Of a stretch of DNA of 64,000 bases, positions 1-8,579 are shown piece by piece. The stretch's first letter is position 1; each line of letters begins with the position of its first letter. The stretch comes from Candidatus Eiseniibacteriota bacterium (GTDB taxonomy: Bacteria > Eisenbacteria > RBG-16-71-46 > JABDJR01): contig CAWANH010000029.1 in NCBI GenBank assembly GCA_963783375.1, forward strand, positions 868,981 through 932,980, given 5' to 3'. The notes under the pieces were generated by a model. The model made no database searches, was not told the DNA's origin, and saw nothing but the letters and a program-made list of their open reading frames with translations. A program made the position numbers and the translations under genes.

Positions 1-290
1 TTCAGTTCCCGCACCAGATGTGCCGCCCGGTCGGAGCCCGAAGGGAGGTCGGTCGGGGTGAGTCGCGCCTCCACCCCGCATTCCCGCGCCGCCCCGGCGA
101 TCCCCTCGTGGTCGGTGGCCACCACCAGCCGATCGATCCTCCCGGCTTCCCGGGCCCGGTCGATGACGTGAGCGATCAGGGGCTTCCCGGCGATGACCGC
201 CAGCGGTTTCCCGGGAAACCGCGTGGATCCGTACCTGGCCGGAATCACCCCGAGCACGCGCACGTCGCTACCCCACTCGTCCCGGGCCAT
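1..290 (-). CDS. kdsB: 3-deoxy-manno-octulosonate cytidylyltransferase (CMP-KDO synthetase), N-terminal portion; the gene continues past the window start
   Basis: Reverse-strand translation from the ATG at 290..288 gives MARDEWGSDVRVLGVIPARYGSTRFPGKPLAVIAGKPLIAHVIDRAREAGRIDRLVVATDHEG..., matching the KdsB N-terminal IIPARYxSTRxPGKPL signature. It is absent from the ORF track because the window edge truncates it. Confidence 0.6.
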   Translation of the reverse strand, partial: MARDEWGSDVRVLGVIPARYGSTRFPGKPLAVIAGKPLIAHVIDRAREAGRIDRLVVATDHEGIAGAARECGVEARLTPTDLPSGSDRAAHLVREL

Positions 291-519
291 GGCACGCCCC
301 GGGACGACGGACGATTCGTTGGAAACAGCCGACGGGGGGATCTCCCCTGGGACCGGCGCCGGATGACGGGGCCGGATTCTCGAGCGGGCAACCGCGCTGC
401 AGGGCAAGCCGGGTTGCTAAAGCGGTGGCCCTGGTCACTCTATCCGAACCGGTCCCCTTTGCAAGCCGCTTTTTTCCCGAACTCACGAATTGGTCGGGAG
501 TTGGCCCCTTTTCCCTTGT

Positions 520-566
520 CGAAGCGGGTCCGATGGGATAATCTATCGGTCGATTCGGATATAACG
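520..566 (+). promoter_or_regulatory. AT-rich island upstream of sahR carrying an extended -10 (TGGGATAAT at 534..542) and a candidate operator TCGGATATAACG (555..566)
   Basis: This is the only AT-rich patch in an otherwise GC-rich 5' region, with a TGn + GATAAT element about 25 nt upstream of the sahR ATG. A CGGATATA element recurs in the metH leader. The -35 is weak (CTTGTC). Confidence 0.35.
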
Positions 567-1538
567 ATGAAACAACCACCCACGATCACCCGGCTCAAGG
601 CCCTGGCCGACCCGGTTCGGCTCCGGATCCTCGCTCTCCTGGAGGACGAGGAGCTCACGGTGGGCGAGCTCACCGGGATCCTCGGCATGACCCAGAGCCG
701 GGTCTCCGGGCACCTGGGGGTGCTCCGGGAAGCGGACCTGGTGCGGGACCGCCGCCAGGGGACCTCCGCCTTCTACTCCGCGCTTTCCGAAGGCGAGGCG
801 GCCGAGACCTGGAAGGCGCTCCGCTCCACCGTCCCCGAGCTGACCGAGAGCGCCGCCGACCGCCGCCGCCTGGGCGAGACCCTCGCCCGGCGGCGGGAGA
901 AGAGCCGGGAGTTCTTCGACCGGGTCGCGGGGGCGTGGGACGACGGGCGAAGCGAATCCCTGGGGTATCACGCGGGGGCGTTCACGGTGGCCGGGCTCCT
1001 CCCCCGGGGATTCACGGTGCTGGATCTGGGAACCGGGACCGGTGGGCTCCTGCCGCTCCTCGAGCGGTACGCGGACCGGGTGGTGGCGGTGGACATGAGC
1101 CGGGGGATGCTCTCCCGGGCCCGGGGGAAGACGGGGGCGCGGGACGGGGCGCGGATGCTCCGCGCGGACGTGGAGCGGCTCCCCCTCGACGAGGCCTCGG
1201 TGGACGGGGTGGTGGCCAACATGATCCTCCACCATCTCCCCCACCCCGAAACCGCGCTCCGGGAAACCGCCCGCGTGCTTCGGCCCGAGGGCCGGGGGGT
1301 GATCGTGGATTTCGAGCCCCACGACGAAACGTGGCTCTTGGAGGAGGAAGGGCATCGCTGGGCCGGGTTCGATCCCGCCCAGATCGCCGGGTGGTGTGTG
1401 GACGCCGGGCTCACCGTGCCCGAGTTCGAGCGGGTGCCCACCCCGGAAACCGGCCGCTGGCACCGGCTGGACGTGTTCGTGGCCCGGTTCGGCGCCGCCC
1501 CCCGGGCGGGGCGAAGACCGGGCGCCATCAAGCGTTGA
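567..1538 (+). CDS. sahR: ArsR-family transcriptional regulator fused to a SAM-dependent methyltransferase-like domain (SahR-type S-adenosylhomocysteine-responsive regulator)
   Basis: The N-terminal HTH (ITRLKALADPVRLRILALLEDEELTVGELTGILGMTQSRVSGHLGVLREADLV) is ArsR-like. The C-terminal Rossmann MTase motifs (VLDLGTGTGGLL...VDGVVANMILHHLPHP...LRPEGRGVI) follow. The true ATG is at 567, inside the longer track ORF 18..1538. The gene lies directly upstream of ahcY, as SahR typically does. Confidence 0.8.
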   Translation: MKQPPTITRLKALADPVRLRILALLEDEELTVGELTGILGMTQSRVSGHLGVLREADLVRDRRQGTSAFYSALSEGEAAETWKALRSTVPELTESAADRRRLGETLARRREKSREFFDRVAGAWDDGRSESLGYHAGAFTVAGLLPRGFTVLDLGTGTGGLLPLLERYADRVVAVDMSRGMLSRARGKTGARDGARMLRADVERLPLDEASVDGVVANMILHHLPHPETALRETARVLRPEGRGVIVDFEPHDETWLLEEEGHRWAGFDPAQIAGWCVDAGLTVPEFERVPTPETGRWHRLDVFVARFGAAPRAGRRPGAIKR

Positions 1539-1636
1539 TTCGAGGCCCCGGCGCCGTGATCGTCACGGCCCCGCCGGGCGACGATTTCCATGGAGCCGCC
1601 GACCGGCGGCATGACGACCCACGAAGAGGAGAGACC

Positions 1637-2941
1637 ATGTCCAAGAAGAACGGGAACGCGAAGAAGCAGGAAGGCTTCGACACCGGCGATGGCTTCAAGG
1701 TCCGCGACCTGGAGCTGGCCCCGCAGGGACGGAAGCGCATCGAGTGGGCGGAGAGCCGGATGCCGGTCCTCATGGCCCTCCGCGAGAAGTACAAGAAGAC
1801 CAAGCCGATGAAGGGGATGCGGATCGCGGGGTGCATCCACGTGACCAAGGAGACCGCGGTGCTGGTGGAGACGCTTCGGGCCGCCGGCGCCCAGGTCTCG
1901 TGGTCGGGGTGCAATCCCCTCTCCACCCAGGACGACGTGGCCGCCGCGCTCGCCGCAAAGGGAACGTCCATTCACGCCTGGCACGGGATGAACGTGAAGG
2001 ACTTCTACTGGTGCATCGAGCAGAGCCTGGCCTTCAACCCGACCCTGACCCTGGACGACGGCGCCGACCTGATCATGACCGTGCACACCAAGCGGCCGGA
2101 CAAGGCGGCGGGGATCCTGGGCGGGACCGAGGAGACCACCACCGGCGTCCACCGGCTCCGCGCCCTGGCTGCGGACGGGAAGCTCATGTACCCGATCGTG
2201 GCGGTGAACGACGCCGAGACCAAGTGGGACTTCGACAACATCTACGGGACCGGACAGTCGTCCCTGGACGGCATCCTCCGCGCCACCAGCGTCCTCCTGG
2301 CCGGAAAGAACTTCGTGGTGGCGGGCTACGGCCACTGCGGCCGCGGGGTGGCCATGCGGGCCAAGGGCATGGGGGCCAATGTGATCGTGACCGAGGTCAA
2401 GGCCACCGCGGCCTTGAAGGCCACCCTCGAGGGCTTCCGGGTCATGAAGATGGACCAGGCGGCCAAGCTCGGCGACATCTTCATCACCGCCACCGGGATG
2501 AAGGACGTGATCGTGGAGCGCCACTTCGCCCGCATGAAGGAGGGGGCGGTGATCTGCAACACCGGCCACTATGACTGCGAGCTGAACCTCGACGACCTGG
2601 AGAAGATCTCCAAGTCCAAGCGCGAGGTCCGGGCCAACAACGAGGAGTACACCCTCAAGAACGGTCGGAAGATCTTCGTCCTGGCCAAGGGACGGCTGGT
2701 GAACCTGGCCGCCGCCGAGGGCCACCCCTCCGAGGTGATGGACATGTCCTTCGCCAACCAGTTCCTCTCCTTGCTCCGGCTCTCGCGCGAGGGGAAGAAG
2801 ATGGAGAAGAAGGTCTACGACATCCCGCTGGAGCAGGACCAGGACATCGCGGGGCTGAAGCTCAAGACCATGGGCTACGCGATCGACACCCTGACCAAGG
2901 AGCAGATCGTCTACGCCACCGACTACACCGCCGGGACGTAG
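1637..2941 (+). CDS. ahcY: adenosylhomocysteinase (S-adenosyl-L-homocysteine hydrolase)
   Basis: Translation MSKKNGNAKKQEGFDTGDGFKVRDLELAPQGRKRIEWAESRMPVLMALREKYKKTKPMKGMRIAGCIHVTKETAVLVETL... gives a full-length AhcY of 434 aa with the NAD-binding region. A GAGGAG RBS lies upstream. The true start is internal to track ORF 935..2941. Confidence 0.93.
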   Translation: MSKKNGNAKKQEGFDTGDGFKVRDLELAPQGRKRIEWAESRMPVLMALREKYKKTKPMKGMRIAGCIHVTKETAVLVETLRAAGAQVSWSGCNPLSTQDDVAAALAAKGTSIHAWHGMNVKDFYWCIEQSLAFNPTLTLDDGADLIMTVHTKRPDKAAGILGGTEETTTGVHRLRALAADGKLMYPIVAVNDAETKWDFDNIYGTGQSSLDGILRATSVLLAGKNFVVAGYGHCGRGVAMRAKGMGANVIVTEVKATAALKATLEGFRVMKMDQAAKLGDIFITATGMKDVIVERHFARMKEGAVICNTGHYDCELNLDDLEKISKSKREVRANNEEYTLKNGRKIFVLAKGRLVNLAAAEGHPSEVMDMSFANQFLSLLRLSREGKKMEKKVYDIPLEQDQDIAGLKLKTMGYAIDTLTKEQIVYATDYTAGT

Positions 2942-3001
2942 GCGGGATTTCGTATCCCGGCCGGGCGGCTCTTGCCCGGTTCGCCGAAGTTGAGCGCACA
3001 T

Positions 3002-3033
3002 GGGAAGCCGGGGCCGCTGGGCCCCGGCTTCCC
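3002..3033. terminator. GC-rich 14-bp-stem hairpin between convergent ahcY (+) and the epimerase gene (-); likely a bidirectional terminator
   Basis: GGGAAGCCGGGGCC-GCTG-GGCCCCGGCTTCCC is a perfect inverted repeat 61 nt after the ahcY stop. The plus strand is followed by TCTGCC, so the T tract is weak. Confidence 0.45.
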
Positions 3034-3048
3034 TCTGCCGGCCGGAAT

Positions 3049-4041
3049 CTAGCCCCCCGACCGCGCGTCCCAGGCCGCGAGGAGCTTCGCCTCGCGATCC
3101 GCGGTGAGGCCGGACTTGAGGGTGGTGCCGGGCGGGCGGCTCATGTCCCAGGCCAGGGTCTCGCGCACGACCTGAACCGTGGAGCGGAAGGCGAGGCCGT
3201 CCCCGAGCGCCCGGTCGATGTTGACGGCCAGGATTCCCCCCTCCTCGGGCGGCGGCACCAGGGGAATCTCGCTCCAGAGCTCCGCCTTCTGATCGACCAG
3301 GAACTCCACCGGCACCCACTCCGGCTCGGCGTTGCTCCCGCTCACCTCGCGGCAGATCCGGAACAGGTCCCCCATGGCCACCGGCTCCCGGGGCCCGGTC
3401 ACGTTGAACACCCCGGTCCGCCGGCCTTCGGCCATGCGGAGGAGCCAGGCGGCCTGGTCGGAGGCGTGGATGACCTGGACCGGAGCGTCCTGCGGGGCGG
3501 GCGCGAGGTACCGTCCCCCCGTCGCGATCCGCCGCACCCAGTAGGTGAACCGGTCGGTGGGATCGTAGGGGCCGACGATCAGCCCGGAGCGGGCGATGAG
3601 CACCCGGCCCGGCATGGCGCGCTCGGCCGCGGTCTCGCAGAGGGCCTTCAGGGCGCCGTAGGTCTCGCCGGTGATCTCCTCGGTGGCCGGGTCGTCCAGG
3701 GTCGCGACCTCGGCGCTCTCGTCCATGTCGGGGGTGAACTTCCGGTACACCGAGATGCTGGAGACGAAGGTGTAGTGCTCCACCTTCTCGGCCAGGTACT
3801 CGGCCGAGGCGCGGACCAGCCGGGGCAGGTAGCCGCAGGTGTCGATCGCCGCGTCCCAGCGGCGGCCGTTCAATTTCTCCAGCCCGCCGTCCCGATCCCC
3901 GAGCACGTGCTCGGCGCCGGGGAAGAGATCCGCCCCGGTCTTCCCGCGATGGAAGAGGGTCAACTCGTGACCTTCGGCGAGGGCGATCTCCGCCAGGTGC
4001 CGTCCCAGGAAACGGGTCCCACCGATCACCAGGAGCTTCAT
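3049..4041 (-). CDS. NAD(P)-dependent epimerase/dehydratase family protein (atypical SDR)
   Basis: N-terminal MKLLVIGGTRFLGRHLAEIALAEGHELTLFHRGK is a Rossmann GxxGxxG motif; the protein is 330 aa; a GGAGGAG RBS lies upstream. Confidence 0.8.
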   Translation of the reverse strand: MKLLVIGGTRFLGRHLAEIALAEGHELTLFHRGKTGADLFPGAEHVLGDRDGGLEKLNGRRWDAAIDTCGYLPRLVRASAEYLAEKVEHYTFVSSISVYRKFTPDMDESAEVATLDDPATEEITGETYGALKALCETAAERAMPGRVLIARSGLIVGPYDPTDRFTYWVRRIATGGRYLAPAPQDAPVQVIHASDQAAWLLRMAEGRRTGVFNVTGPREPVAMGDLFRICREVSGSNAEPEWVPVEFLVDQKAELWSEIPLVPPPEEGGILAVNIDRALGDGLAFRSTVQVVRETLAWDMSRPPGTTLKSGLTADREAKLLAAWDARSGG

Positions 4042-4112
4042 GCGTGGTCTCCTCCGGCCGTCACCGGCGGCCGCTCATGGGTTCGAGCACGGGACACCGG
4101 AGCCCGCGCCGA

Positions 4113-6236
4113 TCATTGGTTCGCCGGCAATGCGCCCGCTTCCGCGCCGGCGGGCACCGGCCCCCGGTCGCAGTAGATGCCACCCCGGCGCTCGCCGAAG
4201 CCTCGGGGCGGAGCGTACCGCCCTTCCGCCAGCTTTCGCGCCAGGTCCGAGAGCCGGTCCCCCGACCCGAAGGTTCCCGAGAGGTCCACGAAGATCGCCA
4301 CCCCCGGGGCGCGGCGGCGCCAAAGGTTTCCGCCGCGGCTGTCCACGAACCCGATCGAACGGTTGAGTTCATTCTCTTCGTAGAGTCCGAAGCCGTTCTC
4401 CCCGGCCAGATCCACGAACCAACCCGCTCCCTGGCGGAGGCTCACGCCCAGGGACGACCCTCGGCCGGGGTTGTACGTGTCCGCCCCCTCGGCGTCCAGG
4501 AATATGCCCAGACCCAGATCGTCGCCGAATCCCAGGCCCCAGTTGGCCAGGTAATAGTCCGCCCCGGTAAGGTTCACGAGGATCCCCGCCCCCATCCTCT
4601 CCCCGCACCCCATCCCGCGCCCGGCGGCGATAGAGCTATCTCGCCCGGCGAGGTCCACCAGCGCCCCCAGGCCGAAGTCGCGCCCGAAACCCTGCACACC
4701 GTACCCGGCCTCGTAGGTGTCGTCGCCGGCCGCGTCCACCAGGAACCCCAGCCCCCCGGCGGGAAAGGGCCCGATCGCCGCCGCCGCCCCCTGGACCGCC
4801 ATTTCGGTTGTGTCGCCCCGGGTGCTCCAGGGGAACTCCTTCAACCTCCCAACCCAGTAGCGGTCTCTCCCCCCCAGGTCCAACAGCAACCCCAGCCCCC
4901 GCCATCCGCCGAACCCCTGGCCCATGCCGAATCCGTTGACCGGCTCGTCTCCGGTGATCTCGAAGCGGTCGTTCCCGGCCCGGTCCAGGAGGATCCCCAT
5001 GCCGTAGACCGCCGCCCCCTGGGAGAGCCACTGGCCGCGATACAAATCATCCCCCCCGTCGTCCTCGATCCAGCCCACCCCGCCGAAGCCGAATCCCGAG
5101 CCCCAGGCCGTGGCCTCGTAGACGTCGTCGCCGGCCCCGAGGTCCACCACCGCCGCGTACCCCAGGATCGCGCCTCCCGGGCCCGCCCGCCCCGAGTCCG
5201 CGGCGGCGTAGCGGTCGTTTCCGCCGAGGTCCACCACCACCGACGCCGGTTCGTCCCCCGAAGCGGACCCCGGACCCTCGTAGACATCGTCACCGCCGAG
5301 GTCCAGCACCAGGAGGTAGCTTCCGTGGTAGCGGTTGGCGCCCGCTCCCCCCACCGCGACCCGCCCGAGGGGCGAGGCCCAGTCGAACTGGAACTCGCTC
5401 TCCGCCGCGGGGAGCGCGGCCAGGGCGGCCGACGCGGTGTCCACCTCCCCCGCCAATCGCACCGCCCCGCGAGTGAGCGCGCGAAGATCCAGGCTCGAAA
5501 GCTCCCGCTCGAGTTCCCGGGTGTCATCCTCCGCGGTCTCATCCCCCTGGACCACCACCCCCCGGAGCGCCGCCGCGGTCCGTTTCCCCTTCGCCCCGAA
5601 GATCCCGCCCCGCTCCAGCTCCGAGCGGTCCACCTCGCGGTTCCGCCGCACCGCGGCCGCCCGGGAGGCCAGGATCAGCGCAGCCAGCTCCCGCGCGGTC
5701 GCCGGAGCCAGGGTCGCCTCCTCGCGGGTCACCGTCTCGCGGTCCTTTCCCTGGAACCGTTTCCCGGTCCCGGTGAAGAGCGCCTCCATGGCGGTGGTGA
5801 CCGGGGTGGATGACGACTGCACCGCCCGCTCCTCGGCCGCGAGCACGGTGTCGGGGAGCGGAGCCACCGAGACCTCGGGCTCCCCCAGGTCGGCGAGGAG
5901 CGCCATCACCCCACCCACCGACGACGCCCGCGCCAGCTCCCGGGCCGCCCCCTCCAGGGTGGCCGGGGCCCGGCCGGGCTCGTCCATCACGTACTTCTGG
6001 AAACGGAGCCGCCCCGCCGGCTCCCCCATCAGCGCCAGCGCGGCGGGGTCGACGCGGAACGCTTCGGGCGTCGTGCCGTCCAGCGCGGCCAGCGTGTCGA
6101 GCACCGCCCGAAGGCGCGGGGAGTCGCATACCAGCGTGTCGGCCGCGGTCCCCGGGGGGGAAGCCTCGGGGGCGCGGACGGCGGAGCCGAAGGCCAGCAC
6201 GAGCCCCAGGAAGACCGAAGCCGCTCCGCGACTCAA
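4113..6236 (-). CDS. secreted Gly/Asp-rich tandem-repeat protein with about 11 repeats of ~24 aa and core hhhD(L)xGxDxY; predicted beta-solenoid, function unknown
   Basis: A TTG start at 6236..6234 overlaps the plsC TGA (TTGA) and gives MSRGAASVFLGLVLAFGSAVRA|PEASP, a Sec signal peptide. An alpha-helical ~300-aa region follows. The repeats include LVLDLGGDDVYEG, VVDLGGNDRYAA, VVDLGAGDDVYEA, ILLDRAGNDRFEI, LLLDLGGRDRYWV, FLVDAAGDDTYEA, LVDLAGRDSS, LVNLTGADYY, FLDAEGADTYN and FVDLAGENGF. The upstream part of track ORF 4113..7016 lies out of frame over plsC. Confidence 0.6.
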   Translation of the reverse strand: MSRGAASVFLGLVLAFGSAVRAPEASPPGTAADTLVCDSPRLRAVLDTLAALDGTTPEAFRVDPAALALMGEPAGRLRFQKYVMDEPGRAPATLEGAARELARASSVGGVMALLADLGEPEVSVAPLPDTVLAAEERAVQSSSTPVTTAMEALFTGTGKRFQGKDRETVTREEATLAPATARELAALILASRAAAVRRNREVDRSELERGGIFGAKGKRTAAALRGVVVQGDETAEDDTRELERELSSLDLRALTRGAVRLAGEVDTASAALAALPAAESEFQFDWASPLGRVAVGGAGANRYHGSYLLVLDLGGDDVYEGPGSASGDEPASVVVDLGGNDRYAAADSGRAGPGGAILGYAAVVDLGAGDDVYEATAWGSGFGFGGVGWIEDDGGDDLYRGQWLSQGAAVYGMGILLDRAGNDRFEITGDEPVNGFGMGQGFGGWRGLGLLLDLGGRDRYWVGRLKEFPWSTRGDTTEMAVQGAAAAIGPFPAGGLGFLVDAAGDDTYEAGYGVQGFGRDFGLGALVDLAGRDSSIAAGRGMGCGERMGAGILVNLTGADYYLANWGLGFGDDLGLGIFLDAEGADTYNPGRGSSLGVSLRQGAGWFVDLAGENGFGLYEENELNRSIGFVDSRGGNLWRRRAPGVAIFVDLSGTFGSGDRLSDLARKLAEGRYAPPRGFGERRGGIYCDRGPVPAGAEAGALPANQ

Positions 6237-6979
6237 GACACCGGCTCCCGCGCCTGCGCTTCGGGAAGGCCGGAGAGGATCGCCTCGCGCACCCGGGCAG
6301 AGAGCGCGGGAATGTCCGCCCGGGTGAGCCCGGCGGTGGGAATGGGCGGGTGGATGATCACGGTGATCCGGCCCGTCCGCGGGAGAAGCTTCCGCTTCCC
6401 GAGGATCCGCCCGGTGTTCCGGATGGAGATCGGGAGGATGGGATAGCCGGTATCCACCGCCACGTAGAAGCCGCCCTTCTTGAACGGCAGGAGTCGCTGA
6501 TCGGGCGAGCGGGTTCCCTCGGGGAAGACGGCCAGGGCGATCCCCTTCCGCATGCGGCTCACCGCCTGGCGAAGCGCGGTCACCGCCTGCTCGCGGTTTC
6601 CCCGGTCCACCTTGATGTGGTGGGAGGCCCCCAGGGCCCAGCCCAGGAACGGCGCGCGCACCAGCTCCCGCTTGGCCACGAAACGGACGGAGAGGCCCTT
6701 CAGGGCCACCACCGTGGCCGGGATGTCCAGGTAGCTTCGATGGTCGGCCATCATCACGCAGGCCTGGCCGAGGGGGAGGTGCTCCCGGCCCTCGGTCCGA
6801 ACCGGGGCCAGGAAGCAGGCGAGCATGGTCCGGCTGTAGAGTTGCTGGGAGAACTCCATCCAAACCGCGTGGGGATCGAAGGGGGCGCCCACGAGATACA
6901 GGAGCCCGATGAGCATGCTCCAGATCGCCGCCCAGAAATAGGCCCACACCGCGAAGATCACCCGAGCCGCCACGTTCAT
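6233..6979 (-). CDS. plsC: 1-acyl-sn-glycerol-3-phosphate acyltransferase
   Basis: An N-terminal TM helix is present. The HxxxxD acyltransferase box (MADHRSYLDIPA) and FPEGTRS motif are typical of PlsC. The protein is 248 aa. Confidence 0.88.
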   Translation of the reverse strand: MNVAARVIFAVWAYFWAAIWSMLIGLLYLVGAPFDPHAVWMEFSQQLYSRTMLACFLAPVRTEGREHLPLGQACVMMADHRSYLDIPATVVALKGLSVRFVAKRELVRAPFLGWALGASHHIKVDRGNREQAVTALRQAVSRMRKGIALAVFPEGTRSPDQRLLPFKKGGFYVAVDTGYPILPISIRNTGRILGKRKLLPRTGRITVIIHPPIPTAGLTRADIPALSARVREAILSGLPEAQAREPVS

Positions 6980-7024
6980 GGTCGAAGACTTTCGGGGGAA
7001 CCGCCGGAGCGGTCAAGGGAGGAA

Positions 7025-7064
7025 CGGATCAAGCGAGGGGGCGGAGATGGAAATCTCCGCCCCC
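7025..7064 (-). terminator. hairpin downstream of mdh (12-bp perfect stem GGGGGCGGAGAT-GGAA-ATCTCCGCCCCC)
   Basis: A perfect palindrome lies at 7037..7064. On the minus strand it is followed by CUCGCUUGAUCC, which is moderately U-rich. Position is consistent with an intrinsic terminator for mdh. Confidence 0.4.
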
Positions 7065-7146
7065 AGCGCGAGGGACCGGCGGAGAGAGGCCGGGCCTCCC
7101 CCCGCGTCGGAACCCGGACTTCCGCGGATCGCAGGCGCCCGCGGGC

Positions 7147-8073
7147 TCAGTACCCCAGCTCGCGGATGCTCGAGAGCACCTCGGCCGCCGACTTCCGGAG
7201 GGCGTCACCCTCGGCGTCGGTGAGCGGGAGCTCCAGGATCCTCTCCACCCCGCCCGCGCCCAGGATCACCGGCACGCCGACGTAGGTGCCCTCCACCCCG
7301 TACTGCCCGGTGCAATAGGCGGCGGCGGGCAGTAGGCGCTTGTTGTCGAGCAGGATGGCCTCGACCATCTGGGCCGCGCTGGCCCCGGGGGCGTAGAAGG
7401 CGCTTCCCGTCTTGAGCAACGCCACGATCTCGCCCCCCCCCTTCCGGGTGCGCTCGACCAGGCGGTCGATGGTGGCCTGGTCCATGAGGTCCATGATGGT
7501 GACCCCGCTCACCGTGGAGTAGCGCGGGAGCGGTACCATGGAGTCGCCGTGCCCGCCCATCACCATGGCCTGCACGTCGACCGGAGCCACGTTCAGCTCG
7601 GCGGCGATGAAGGCGCGGAAGCGCGCGGAATCCAGCACCCCGGCCATCCCCATCACCCGGTTGGGCGGGAAGCCGGTGGTCTTCATCATGTGGTAGGTCA
7701 TGATGTCGAGCGGGTTGGAGACCACCACCACGAAGGCGTCGGGGGCGTTCTTCTTGATCTCGGCCCCGATGCTCCCCACGATCTCCGCGTTCTTGGTGAG
7801 GAGGTCGGTCCGGCTCATGCCGGGTTTCCGGGGGAAGCCCGCGGTCACCAGGACCACATCCGAACCCTTCAGGTCCTTGAAGTCGTTGCTGCCGGAGACC
7901 TTGGAGTTGTAGCCCCGCACCGGGCCGGCCTCGAGCAGATCGAGCCCCTTCCCCTGGGGCACGCCGTCGACGATATCCACCAGAAGGACGTCGCAGAGCC
8001 CGCGATCGGCCAGGTACAGCCCCGCCGAGGCCCCCACGTTTCCGCCACCGCCGATCACGCTCACCTTCTTCAT
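7147..8073 (-). CDS. mdh: malate dehydrogenase (LDH-like MDH family)
   Basis: Translation MKKVSVIGGGGNVGASAGLYLADRGL...VVLVTAGFPRKPGMSRTDLL...MGGHGDSMVPL gives 308 aa. A GGGAGGGGAGGAA RBS lies upstream. Confidence 0.93.
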   Translation of the reverse strand: MKKVSVIGGGGNVGASAGLYLADRGLCDVLLVDIVDGVPQGKGLDLLEAGPVRGYNSKVSGSNDFKDLKGSDVVLVTAGFPRKPGMSRTDLLTKNAEIVGSIGAEIKKNAPDAFVVVVSNPLDIMTYHMMKTTGFPPNRVMGMAGVLDSARFRAFIAAELNVAPVDVQAMVMGGHGDSMVPLPRYSTVSGVTIMDLMDQATIDRLVERTRKGGGEIVALLKTGSAFYAPGASAAQMVEAILLDNKRLLPAAAYCTGQYGVEGTYVGVPVILGAGGVERILELPLTDAEGDALRKSAAEVLSSIRELGY

Positions 8074-8175
8074 GATTCCTCCCCTCCCTTTCGAGGCTGG
8101 ATGGTTGTCGTTCCCGCCGTTGAACCGGCGGGGACGTTCAAACTGTGCTCACCGATCTGACCCGTGTCTTCCGCC

Positions 8176-8225
8176 CCCAAACGAAAAGACCATGGCCCGC
8201 GGCGTCGGCCGGGCGGGGCATGGTC
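8176..8225 (-). terminator. intrinsic terminator candidate after the rplU-rpmA operon
   Basis: An imperfect long GC hairpin (GACCATGCCCCGCCCGGCCG...CGGGCCATGGTC, 8188..8225) is followed on the minus strand by CUUUUCGUUUGG. Confidence 0.45.
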
Positions 8226-8281
8226 TCATTCGACGTTTCGGACGGCGTGCGGCGACTCCCGCCGGGGAGGTCGCCGGTGGC

Positions 8282-8539
8282 TTACTCGGAGGCCTCTATC
8301 GAGACTTCCTTCCGATCCTTGCCCTTGCGCGCAAATGTCACCCGCCCGTCCACCAGGGCGAACAGCGTGTCGTCCTTGCCCCGCCCCACATTGACCCCGG
8401 GAAGGATCCGGGTGCCGCGCTGGCGCACGATGATGCTGCCCGCGGTGACCCGCTCTCCGCCGAAGGCCTTCACGCCGAGCCGTTGACTGTTGGAATCCCG
8501 GCCGTTCCGGCTCGATCCTACACCTTTTTTGTGTGCCAT
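8282..8539 (-). CDS. rpmA: 50S ribosomal protein L27
   Basis: [62 protein letters not shown] is the canonical L27 sequence. Confidence 0.93.
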   Translation of the reverse strand: MAHKKGVGSSRNGRDSNSQRLGVKAFGGERVTAGSIIVRQRGTRILPGVNVGRGKDDTLFALVDGRVTFARKGKDRKEVSIEASE

Positions 8540-8579
8540 GAGTCAGCTCCTGAACGCTTCAAAGGGTTCTGTCGGGCGG

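Noticed and set aside
968-3319. 783-aa minus-strand ORF antisense to sahR/ahcY, and similar long ORFs (4044..5813 +, 9262..10806 +, 11423..13321 +, 14387..17344 -, 15124..17784 +, 26369..30040 +, 48453..51986 +, 54700..57705 +, 56744..59164 -)
   Set aside because: They are Arg/Gly/Pro-rich low-complexity translations that lie antisense or out of frame to clearly homologous genes. Long stop-free frames of this kind are the typical artefact of ~70% GC DNA.
4113-6236. RTX (hemolysin-type Ca-binding) or FG-GAP assignment for the Gly/Asp repeat protein
   Set aside because: The repeats are about 24 aa apart with core DxxGxDxY, not tandem GGxGxDxUx nonapeptides. They lack the FG...GAP flanks seen in the genuine FG-GAP protein at 35691..37658.
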